Positions 9,140 to 17,411 of a stretch of DNA of 64,000 nucleotides are shown here, piece after piece. Below the pieces are notes generated by a model. The model had not been told where the DNA came from, did not search any database, and was given only the letters and a program-made list of their open reading frames with translations. Where the stretch lies: positions 32,001 through 96,000 of the forward strand of contig JBILLK010000027.1 in assembly GCA_044376115.1 (NCBI GenBank). Direction: 5' to 3'. Both the position numbers and the translations under genes were made by a program. Source of the DNA: Polyangiaceae bacterium (GTDB lineage Bacteria > Myxococcota_A > Polyangia > Polyangiales > Polyangiaceae). Numbering within the stretch: the first letter of the stretch is position 1; the number at the start of each line of letters is the position of its first letter.

Positions 9140-9835
9140 TCAGTTGGGCCGGTCGTTCTTGGCGGGGGCGTCGTCTTCGTCGTCCTCTTCCATGCCCTCG
9201 AGCAAATCGATGGCGTCGAGGGCGAGTTCTCCCAGCGAGACCTCGCCTTCCTCGTCTTCTTCGTTGCTCATCTGCACGGTGCGCTTGTCATTTTCGAGCT
9301 TCTTCAAGTGACGAATGATCGAAGGGTCACCAATCGTCACGGCGACCTCGATCGCTGCTGCGACGGCGTCGGGATCTTCATGACCGAGGAAGCTCTCGAG
9401 CAGTTTGGCGACGCCAGGCTCCGGTACCTCGGCCAGCAAATACGGGAGCTCGGGTAGCGCGGGGGAGCCGACGGGCAGCCGCTTGAGCGCGCGCTCGATG
9501 CCTTTGGCGACCTCCTTGAAGCGGTCGAAGCTGAGCCCCTCGAGTTGCTCGCCAGCGGCCTCACGTGCCCCGGGAAACTCGCTCGAGAGGATGTCGATCA
9601 ACAGGTCCACCGCGCGGGGCCCGTCGAACTCGCCAATCAACACCGCAAGCCGTTCGAGTCGCAAGGTGGCCTCGTCCTCGTCGGACTCCTCCAGCGCGCT
9701 CTTCATCGCCTTTTCTGCCGCGTTCATTACGACATTGGGATCTTTGTCGGCGATCTGCCCGTGAAGGGTTCGCACGCGCCGCTCCGCATCGAAGAGGGCG
9801 TTCAGGTTCTGTTCGACTTCGTCCAGTTTCGCCAT
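9140..9835 (-). CDS. HEAT repeat protein
   Basis: AVDLLIDIL...AREAAGEQL and D..AVAAAIE....IGD repeats; acidic tail. Confidence 0.8.
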   Translation of the reverse strand: MAKLDEVEQNLNALFDAERRVRTLHGQIADKDPNVVMNAAEKAMKSALEESDEDEATLRLERLAVLIGEFDGPRAVDLLIDILSSEFPGAREAAGEQLEGLSFDRFKEVAKGIERALKRLPVGSPALPELPYLLAEVPEPGVAKLLESFLGHEDPDAVAAAIEVAVTIGDPSIIRHLKKLENDKRTVQMSNEEDEEGEVSLGELALDAIDLLEGMEEDDEDDAPAKNDRPN

Positions 9836-9886
9836 GGCGCCCAGGTACCAACCTCCTGCCCGTGTGGCAAGGCTGGCGTCACTTCC

Positions 9887-10999
9887 TCAATCTTCTCGGC
9901 GCGAGAGTCCCATCACCACGTCCACAATCAGCGCTGCTCGTTTGGCCATCAAGTCTGCGTCCAGCTTCTCCGATCGGTCGGTCGTGCGGTGGTAGTCGGG
10001 GGATTCGCCCGAGGAGAAAAAAATGGTGGGCACCCCCGTCTGCTCGAAGGGGGCGTGATCGCTCCGGCCCTCGGCCAGCGAGGTCACCATGCTGCGTAAA
10101 CTCTCCGGCAGGTCCTCCGGGAAGACCGCGCGGAGTTGCGCGATCTCGGCCTTGGTCTTGACCAGCTCACGAAAGGAAGTCGGCGCGTTTCGCGAGAGCA
10201 GCACGCCCACCGCCTGCGCCGGGTCGACGTCGCGCAGCACGCCGAGCAGGCGCGCGGCGAACCATAGCGCGCGGTCATCGACGAGCGGCCTGCCGATCAT
10301 GTCGAGGTTCACCATCGCCGTGAACGCCCCCTGGCTCTTGGGCCAGCTTCGAACGAAGTGGCTGCTACCGCGCAGCCCAAGCTCCTCTGCGCCGAAGAAG
10401 ACCACTAGCACCGGTCGGCGCAGGCGCTCGCGCTGGCGCTGCAGCACTTTGGCGACTCCGAGCGCCACAGCCGTCCCGGAGGCGTTGTCTTCCGCGCCCA
10501 AGAAAGTCTGCCCATCCACTGTTCCGAGGTGGTCGTAGTGAGCGCCCAGCACCACGTAGGAGCGCTCGCTCGCCTGCGTGCTTGGCTCGATCACCGCGAC
10601 GACGTTTCGGCTTTGCCGCTTACCAAAGGCGAACGGTTGAATGCGGTCGCCCAAGCGACCGAGCTGCTCGCGATCCAATTCCTGCGCGATCCATTCGGCT
10701 GCCCGCGCTTCGTCCTCCGTTGCCGAGCCGCGACCGTTGAACGAGGCGGAGGCGAGAAACGTCGCATCAGCGAGCAGCTTCTCGCGACCGATCGGATTTT
10801 CCGCGCTGGCTGCTTCCACAGGCCCAACGCTGGTCGCGGCACTCGCTGACGTTGCAGCGCTCGAGCTAGTGGACGTCTGCGCTTCGGCTTGGCTTGGAAC
10901 ACCACGCTCAGGCGAATCGGCGTTGGTGCGACAGCCGAGCGCGAGGCCGGCGAGGCTCGCCACAGCCAGCATGCGAAGGCAGCGCTCGCGTTGGACCAC
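9887..10999 (-). CDS. M28 family metallopeptidase lipoprotein
   Basis: GAHYDH, GAEDNASG, GAEELG, NLDMIG, SDHAPF, DYH; lipobox-like LALG|C. Confidence 0.92.
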   Translation of the reverse strand: MVQRERCLRMLAVASLAGLALGCRTNADSPERGVPSQAEAQTSTSSSAATSASAATSVGPVEAASAENPIGREKLLADATFLASASFNGRGSATEDEARAAEWIAQELDREQLGRLGDRIQPFAFGKRQSRNVVAVIEPSTQASERSYVVLGAHYDHLGTVDGQTFLGAEDNASGTAVALGVAKVLQRQRERLRRPVLVVFFGAEELGLRGSSHFVRSWPKSQGAFTAMVNLDMIGRPLVDDRALWFAARLLGVLRDVDPAQAVGVLLSRNAPTSFRELVKTKAEIAQLRAVFPEDLPESLRSMVTSLAEGRSDHAPFEQTGVPTIFFSSGESPDYHRTTDRSEKLDADLMAKRAALIVDVVMGLSRRED

Positions 11000-11072
11000 G
11001 GCTCTTCATAGGGGAAGCCTGTGGTGACGTCAGCTGATTGCGCGTGGCTGGTTGCGGCGCTAACAGGAACGA

Positions 11073-11852
11073 GTGCACCCCTTGGTTCGCGGAGCAGCAG
11101 CTGTGGCGGTGCTTTCGATCATCTCGCTGGCGGTGGGAACCAAAAGCCCGGTGCCGCGGGCACCTGCCGCGGTGCTCACCGCTTCTGCAGGGGTTCCAGT
11201 CATTCTGACCGCCATGCCGTGCGGCCCGCGCGAGCTGCCGGAGGGCAATAGCTGCGTGCCGCTGCCATCGCTGCAGCCGGATAGCGACGAGACCGAGGAT
11301 GAAAACGCGCTGCGCGGGCGACCATCGACGGGCAACGTGATCCCACGCAAGCCGGATCGCCCGCGCGACCCGGCGCAGTTCCTGCTCCCCATCGAGGGCG
11401 AGCTGCTCGTGCTCTCTGGTTTTGACGATGCAGCGGACGCCGGTGAGCACCCGCTCGCGGTGGAGCTTGGCGTGGCGCGCGGTGCTGCCGTGCGCGCGCT
11501 CACCCTCGATGGTCAAGTTGGGCCAACCGAGGTGGCTGGCGTTGGTCGTTGGGTCGGAACCACGGTGGTGACGCGCCACACCATCCAAGCCGAACGACCT
11601 CGCGTCATCTTGCTGTTTCACGGCCATTTGGACGCGGTCGCACCGGGGCTGAAGGTCGACAGCAAGCTTCCGCAAGGGGAGGTTTTGGGTTTTGCGGGAG
11701 ACAGCGGTCAACCAGGCGTCGTCAGCCTCTTTCTGGAGGCACGCCTCGTGCGCGAGGGCGCGGTGCTTTCCACTGCAGAGCCTCGCGCCTTGGCCGAGCC
11801 CGCGGTCGCGGCTGCGACCGATCTGCGAAACGTGCTCGCGCGAAAGCCCTGA
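11073..11852 (+). CDS. M23/LytM-fold protein, probably catalytically degenerate
   Basis: G..V.A...[23 protein letters not shown]; HxxxD and HxH Zn motifs altered. Confidence 0.7.
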   Translation: MHPLVRGAAAVAVLSIISLAVGTKSPVPRAPAAVLTASAGVPVILTAMPCGPRELPEGNSCVPLPSLQPDSDETEDENALRGRPSTGNVIPRKPDRPRDPAQFLLPIEGELLVLSGFDDAADAGEHPLAVELGVARGAAVRALTLDGQVGPTEVAGVGRWVGTTVVTRHTIQAERPRVILLFHGHLDAVAPGLKVDSKLPQGEVLGFAGDSGQPGVVSLFLEARLVREGAVLSTAEPRALAEPAVAAATDLRNVLARKP

Positions 11853-11871
11853 GCGAGTTATTCCTCAGCTC

Positions 11872-12567
11872 GTGTCGCAGCCAAGGCGCAAGATCCTCAT
11901 CGTCGAAGATGAGCCGCACATTGTGCTCGGGCTCACCGACGCCCTTGAGTTCGAGGGCTTCGCGGTGATTTCGGCCAATCGCGGGCGAGACGGAGTCAAC
12001 CTGGCCCGTCAAGAAAAGCCTGACGCGATCCTGCTCGATCTGATGCTGCCCGACACCAACGGCTTCAAGGTTTGTGAAGAGCTTCGGCGTTGGGACGCGT
12101 TCGTTCCCATCATCATGCTTACGGCTCGCTCCCAAGAGGTCGACAAGATCCGCGGGCTCGATGCGGGTGCTGATGACTACATGACCAAGCCCTTCAGCGT
12201 GGGTGAACTCACCGCGCGCATGCGAGCCTTGCTACGCCGCGCCCAACGCCCGAGCGGTAATCACCCGGAGACCTTTCGCATCGGTGACGCGGAGATCAAT
12301 CTCACCGCTCACACCATCACGCGTGCCGAGCAAACCCACCAGATCTCCTTCTACGAGGTGGAGCTGCTTCGACTGCTGTTCGAGCGCGTCGGGCAGCCCG
12401 TCTCCCGCGATGAAATCCTGCAAAAAATCTGGGGGCTCGACGCAGCACCGTCAAACCGAACGGTCGACAACTTCATCGTGAAGTTGCGCAAAAAAGTAGA
12501 GCGTCTACCGGACAAGCCGGAGCGCATTCTCACCGTCTACGGCTACGGCTACAAACTCGCGCCGTAA
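11872..12567 (+). CDS. OmpR/PhoB-family response regulator
   Basis: [24 protein letters not shown], w[16 protein letters not shown]...TVYGYGY. Confidence 0.95.
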   Translation: MSQPRRKILIVEDEPHIVLGLTDALEFEGFAVISANRGRDGVNLARQEKPDAILLDLMLPDTNGFKVCEELRRWDAFVPIIMLTARSQEVDKIRGLDAGADDYMTKPFSVGELTARMRALLRRAQRPSGNHPETFRIGDAEINLTAHTITRAEQTHQISFYEVELLRLLFERVGQPVSRDEILQKIWGLDAAPSNRTVDNFIVKLRKKVERLPDKPERILTVYGYGYKLAP

Positions 12568-12618
12568 CACCGCACAGCCCCGCTCGCCCCTCCGCGAGCA
12601 GGGCCTCTTACGGCAGGA

Positions 12619-13143
12619 TCAGAACGGGATATCGTCGTCGTTGCCGTAGCCGAAGTCATCCGCCGGCGGAGGAGCGTCATCTCGCGCCGGACCGCGCCCC
12701 GGAGCAGGGCCGCGTCCACCACCACCGCCGCCACCGCCGCCACCGCCGCCGCCTCGCGGAGCAGGCGCCTCGAAGCCGCCGCCTTCATCCACGACGGCTC
12801 GTCCGCCCCCACGACCACCGGTCAAGATCACGTTGTTGGCGACGATCTCGGTCTTGTAGCGCTTGTTGCCGTCTTTGTCCTCGTAGCTCGACGAACGAAT
12901 CGAGCCCTCGATGAACAAGGTTGAACCCTTGCCGAGGATCTTGGCCAGCGCCTCACCGCGCTTGCCCCAAATGACGACGTTGTGCCAGTCCGTGCGATCA
13001 CGGCGAACCTTGTCCTTGTCGAGATAGGACTCGGTGGTAGCAAGCCGCAAGTTGAGAACCGACTGCCCGCCTTGGGTGTACCGGAGCTCCGGATCCGCAC
13101 CGAGGTTGCCGAGCAGCATGACGCGATTGAGCCCTTCAGCCAT
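12619..13143 (-). CDS. ssb: Single-stranded DNA-binding protein
   Basis: NRVMLLGNLGADPE, WHNVV, Gly-rich linker, C-terminal DDDIPF. Confidence 0.97.
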   Translation of the reverse strand: MAEGLNRVMLLGNLGADPELRYTQGGQSVLNLRLATTESYLDKDKVRRDRTDWHNVVIWGKRGEALAKILGKGSTLFIEGSIRSSSYEDKDGNKRYKTEIVANNVILTGGRGGGRAVVDEGGGFEAPAPRGGGGGGGGGGGGGRGPAPGRGPARDDAPPPADDFGYGNDDDIPF

Positions 13144-13173
13144 GCCCGCTCTTCCAACGGTCGAGTCGCAGCG

Positions 13174-14547
13174 TCAACCAGGGACGAGCGCGCCGAACAC
13201 CAAGCGCGCAATGCTTAGGTAAACCACGATGCCCAGCACGTCGACGACGGTGGCGATGAACGGAGTCGAGCTCGTCGCAGGGTCGAGGCCGAGGCGCCGG
13301 AGGAGCAACGGGAACATCGACCCAACGACGCAACCGCCGATCACGATGCCTACGACGGCTCCGAAGATGGTGAAGGCGAAGCGTGGGCCCTCTCCCGAAA
13401 TGAACGCACGAACGGCGCCGAGCAGGCCCAAGGCGATGCCCATGACAACGCCTTGCCCAATCTCGCGCGTGAGGATCTTCACCCAATCGGAGTGGCTGAC
13501 TTCCCCGGTGGCCAGGGCGCGGATCATCAAGGACGCGGATTGCGACCCCGAGTTACCGCCGGTCGAGATGATGAGCGGCAAATAGAACTGCAACGCAGCC
13601 ACGCTCACGAGCACATCGTTGAAGCGACGCAGCGCGATTTCGGTGAAGAACCCGCCAAAGAACAAGATCGAAAGCCAAACCACCCGCTTGCGAATGAAGG
13701 TCCAGAAGTCGGTGCGGAAGTAGGTCTCCTCGGTGGGCTCGATGGCGCCGATACGCTGGACGTCCTCACGCGCTTCATCGGTGAGAACGTCGATCACATC
13801 GTCGACCGTGATCACCCCCAAGAGCTTGTGCCCCATGCCGACGACGGGCAGCGCCGAGAAGTCGTACTTGGCCATCGTGCGCGCGACCTCCTCCTGGTCG
13901 GTGGTCGGACTCACCGCGTGCACGCGCTCGATCATGATGTCGTCGATCTTGTCGTTGGGGCTGGCCAGCAGGATGTCGCGCAACGAGGCGACGCCGAGCA
14001 GCTGCTCCGATTTGGTGACGACGTAAACGTAGTAGACGGTCTCTGCGTCGGTTCCCTCGTTACGGATCTTCTCGATCACCTCGCTCACGCGGGACCCGGG
14101 CGCGATCGAAACGTAGTCGGTGGTCATCAGACCACCGGCGCTGTCCTCCGCCCAACGCGCCAGCTCTTCGACCTCGGCAGCGGCGTCGGGATCGACCTGC
14201 TCGATCCGTTCGAGCAGGGTCTCGCCCATCTCCTCCGGCAGACCCTCGATCAAATCGGTGCGATCGTCGGCCGACATTTCGCTGACGATGCCAGCGACGT
14301 TGTCGACGCCCATGGTCTGCACCATCGACTCTTGCCGATGTTGCTCCATGCGTTCGAACACTCGCGCCGCGAGCTCAGCAGGCACCGCAGAGAGCAGCTT
14401 GGCTCCCTCCTCCTGGCCCAGCAGCTCGATCAGGTCGGCGATGTCCTCCTCGTGGATCTCGTCGAAGAGCTCGCTTAGCTGTTCGAGCGCGCCCTCCTCC
14501 AGGAGCTGCCTCACCTCAGGCGCAATAGCGACGGCAACGCGGAGCAT
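13174..14547 (-). CDS. mgtE: Magnesium transporter MgtE
   Basis: MgtE-N domain, CBS pair (AGGLMTTDY, GVITVDD), TGGNSGSQ, DPATSSTPFIATVVD. Confidence 0.95.
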   Translation of the reverse strand: MLRVAVAIAPEVRQLLEEGALEQLSELFDEIHEEDIADLIELLGQEEGAKLLSAVPAELAARVFERMEQHRQESMVQTMGVDNVAGIVSEMSADDRTDLIEGLPEEMGETLLERIEQVDPDAAAEVEELARWAEDSAGGLMTTDYVSIAPGSRVSEVIEKIRNEGTDAETVYYVYVVTKSEQLLGVASLRDILLASPNDKIDDIMIERVHAVSPTTDQEEVARTMAKYDFSALPVVGMGHKLLGVITVDDVIDVLTDEAREDVQRIGAIEPTEETYFRTDFWTFIRKRVVWLSILFFGGFFTEIALRRFNDVLVSVAALQFYLPLIISTGGNSGSQSASLMIRALATGEVSHSDWVKILTREIGQGVVMGIALGLLGAVRAFISGEGPRFAFTIFGAVVGIVIGGCVVGSMFPLLLRRLGLDPATSSTPFIATVVDVLGIVVYLSIARLVFGALVPG

Positions 14548-14648
14548 GGCTGCCCGTTACAGCGAATGACGTCGCTTGGCCACGTCCTTGAACAGAATCT
14601 CTCGGCGACTCTCGGAGGCCAGCGCACGAAGACGTTGGGCCAGCTCCG

Positions 14649-14803
14649 ATGAGGGCCCTCATTGTGGCAATCGAAGCAACATCGTAAACTGAGTGGTCGC
14701 TATGTGTTCGAAAACGACAATTAAATTGTCTTATGAATTCAGCTGATTGAGTAACTGAGGTGGTGTTGTTGGAATATTTCCATTGCAGCGGAATATGGAT
14801 TCC
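14649..14803. promoter_or_regulatory. AT-rich divergent promoter region with several dyad elements
   Basis: ATGAGGGCCCTCAT (14649-14662), GACAATT-A-AATTGTC (14716-14730), TGGAA-TAT-TTCCA (14770-14782), GGAAT-ATGG-ATTCC (14790-14803). Confidence 0.55.
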
Positions 14804-14907
14804 TTGTTTAAGGGTCATAGGGGCCCCGTTCTTTCTTGACGCTCGCCAATTCTTGTCGCGCGGCCTCGCTTCGATTTCTGACCGACCCCCGTTGCAAGGA
14901 GCAAAAG

Positions 14908-17154
14908 ATGTTGATGCGAACCAAGAAGGTCCTCGGTGGAACCGCGCGTAGCCGTCTGCCTGCGGCCGCCACCGTTTGTGGAATGCTCGGCCTCACGCTG
15001 GTGGTAGCGACACCGGCGTGTCTTGACCGGCCCTTGGCGACGGCTGCGCCAAACACCACGTCCACGCTGACGGGGCGGCTCGAACAGAACGCCGTGTCGA
15101 AGATCGACATCCTGCTGGCCGTCGACAACTCAGCTTCGATGAAAGACAAGCAGGCGATCCTCGCGGCGGCCGTACCGGAGCTGGTGGAGCGGTTGATTCA
15201 GCCGCGCTGCGTGGACTTTCTGAGCGGCGTGCCAACAGGCGTGAGCGTCGACGCAAAAGGCCTTTGCGCAGAGGGGTCTAAGGCCGAATTCCCGCCCATT
15301 CGCGACATCAACGTGGGGGTGATCAGCTCGTCCCTCGGGGACCTGACGACGGGCGCGTGCGCGTCCCAGGCCCATAGTCAAGACAATGGGCGCTTGCTTC
15401 ACCGCGGCGTCGCGGTCGAGGAGACGTTCCAAGGGCAGGGCTTCCTCGCTTGGGATCCCGATAGCGTCCGCGGTGGAGACTCAGATCCGGTGCACTTGAC
15501 CGGCCAACTCGAAAAGATGGTGCGCGGAGTCGAGCAAACCGGCTGCGGATTCGAGATGCAGCTCGAGTCGATCGTTCGCTTCCTCGTGGACCCTGCGCCC
15601 TACGCGTCGCTCGAGCGCGAGGGAGAAGGCGCCAAACAGAAGCTTCGGCGCGTCGGTGTGGATGAGGCGCTGCTCGAGGAACGGAAGGCTTTCTTACGGC
15701 CCGACTCGCTGGTGGCGGTGGTCATCCTCTCGGATGAGAACGACTGTTCGATCGATGTGACCTCGCAAGGCTACAAGGCCCTTCCTGGCCCGTTCTATCG
15801 TGCGACCAGCGAGTGCGCCGAGGACGCCAATAGTGAATGTTGTCAGTCGTGCGCGTTGCCAATTCCCGCGGGTTGCGACGCGCAAGAAGCCTGCAAGGAG
15901 AAGAAGTACACCGAGGAGCAGGACGATGCGAATCTCAAGTGCTTCAAGCAGAAGGAGCGCTACGGGATCGACTTTCTGTACCCCGTCGAACGCTACGTGA
16001 ACGCGTTTACCAAGGCTCGCATCGATCCGAGTCGAAGTGATCTCGCCGTCGTGGATGCGGCCAAAGCCATCGACAATCCGTTGTTCGTGGCCGAGCAAGG
16101 TGCAAAGCCGCGTGCCTCCGACCTCGTGTTCGTTGCGGGCATTGTCGGCGTTCCGTGGCAAGCCATCGCCCGTCGCAATGAGGCTGGGCAGCCCGACCTC
16201 AAGCGCGGCTTCCAGAACTTCGAGGAGCTCGAGGAAAAGCTGCCTGCGTTGGTCGGCGACCCCGATCGCTACCTCGAGCCGACAGATCCGTTCATGATCG
16301 AGTCGATCACAGCCCGCTCAGGCTTTAGCGAGCTCGCAGGAGCGTCGTTGCCCGGGCCGAACCCGATCAACGGTGGCGAGTACACGGTCAACCCCGTCGC
16401 GCCGAACTACTTGCAGCACACCTGCATCTTCCCTCTGGCCGAGCCGGTTGAGGGCGGTGATTGCAAAGCTTGCGTGAATGAAAGCTGCGATCTGCCCCTA
16501 TGCGACGGGACCACGCAGATCGCCGCCAAGGCCTACCCAAGCCTGCGTGAGCTCTCGGTGCTCAGCGGGATGAAGGAGCAAGGCATCTTCGCTTCGATTT
16601 GCCCGGCCAATTCTAGCGGCGCCGACACAAACGCTGTGGATTATGGCTACAACCCCGCTGTCGAAAGCATCATCGAGCGGGTCAAAGAGAAGCTTCAAGG
16701 CCAGTGTTTTGCGCGGCAACTCGAGGTGGACCCGCAGACCGGCAACGTAAGTTGTTTGGTGCTCGAGGCCATGCAAGTGGAGGACCCGGCGCAATGTTGC
16801 AACGTGCCCGGCCGCGCTCAGATCCCCGAGTTCATCGATGGCGAGCCGAACCCTTCCTACCAGGCCGTGCGCCAAGCCAAGGCAGACCGCTACGCGATCG
16901 ACTGGAACTGCTTCTGTGAGATCGTGGAGGTTGCGGCTGGCGACGAACGAAAGGCGTGTCTCAATGACTTGGATCCTGACTCTTCAAGCCAGGGCGACGG
17001 CTGGTGCTACATCGACGCCGCTTCCACGCCGCAAGTTGGAAACGCCGAACTGGTGAAAGATTGCCCCGATACCGAGCAGCGCTTGATGCGCTTCGTTGGG
17101 GACGGAGACCCGCGCTTCGGTGCGGACGTCTTCATCACCTGCGCAGGCGAATAG
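14908..17154 (+). CDS. Cys-rich vWA/MIDAS-like lipoprotein, paralog 1
   Basis: AAGGAG SD; signal ending TPA|C; KIDILLAVDNSASM (DxSxS), LSDENDCS; more than 25 Cys. Confidence 0.8.
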   Translation: MLMRTKKVLGGTARSRLPAAATVCGMLGLTLVVATPACLDRPLATAAPNTTSTLTGRLEQNAVSKIDILLAVDNSASMKDKQAILAAAVPELVERLIQPRCVDFLSGVPTGVSVDAKGLCAEGSKAEFPPIRDINVGVISSSLGDLTTGACASQAHSQDNGRLLHRGVAVEETFQGQGFLAWDPDSVRGGDSDPVHLTGQLEKMVRGVEQTGCGFEMQLESIVRFLVDPAPYASLEREGEGAKQKLRRVGVDEALLEERKAFLRPDSLVAVVILSDENDCSIDVTSQGYKALPGPFYRATSECAEDANSECCQSCALPIPAGCDAQEACKEKKYTEEQDDANLKCFKQKERYGIDFLYPVERYVNAFTKARIDPSRSDLAVVDAAKAIDNPLFVAEQGAKPRASDLVFVAGIVGVPWQAIARRNEAGQPDLKRGFQNFEELEEKLPALVGDPDRYLEPTDPFMIESITARSGFSELAGASLPGPNPINGGEYTVNPVAPNYLQHTCIFPLAEPVEGGDCKACVNESCDLPLCDGTTQIAAKAYPSLRELSVLSGMKEQGIFASICPANSSGADTNAVDYGYNPAVESIIERVKEKLQGQCFARQLEVDPQTGNVSCLVLEAMQVEDPAQCCNVPGRAQIPEFIDGEPNPSYQAVRQAKADRYAIDWNCFCEIVEVAAGDERKACLNDLDPDSSSQGDGWCYIDAASTPQVGNAELVKDCPDTEQRLMRFVGDGDPRFGADVFITCAGE

Positions 17155-17194
17155 CAGGGCTCCTGGCCGCCAAGTAGGTTGGCGATCGAGCCGC

Positions 17195-17227
17195 GCGGGA
17201 AAGGCAACTTTGTTTGCTCTTTCCCGC
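17195..17227. promoter_or_regulatory. Inverted repeat between the paralogs (hairpin or activator site)
   Basis: GCGGGAAAG...CTTTCCCGC 9-bp arms, about 100 bp upstream of the sigma54 motif; no U-tail. Confidence 0.4.
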
Positions 17228-17312
17228 CGGCGTCTCAAGCGACAATGGAATAAGGCTTCGAATCTCTGGGGTTCCGCGTGCATAATGGGCGGACGCGTTG
17301 CCCGCCACCGAT

Positions 17313-17328
17313 GGGCACGCGGAATGCT
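17313..17328 (+). promoter_or_regulatory. Putative sigma54 (-24/-12) promoter for paralog 2
   Basis: GGGCACGCGGAATGCT: GG-N10-GC, close to consensus TGGCACG-N4-TTGCW. Confidence 0.6.
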
Positions 17329-17411
17329 TTAGGTGACTCGATACCTCTCGCTCGTCCGAGCGCTCGTCGCCCGGCCAAAAGAGGAACCCAGAATATGCAG
17401 CTGAGGAAACC

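Noticed and set aside
13453..14478. Long antisense or alternate-frame ORFs (this one, 28520..29437, 58734..59744, 26618..27514 and others)
   Set aside because: Shadow ORFs expected in high-GC DNA opposite well-supported genes; no motifs.
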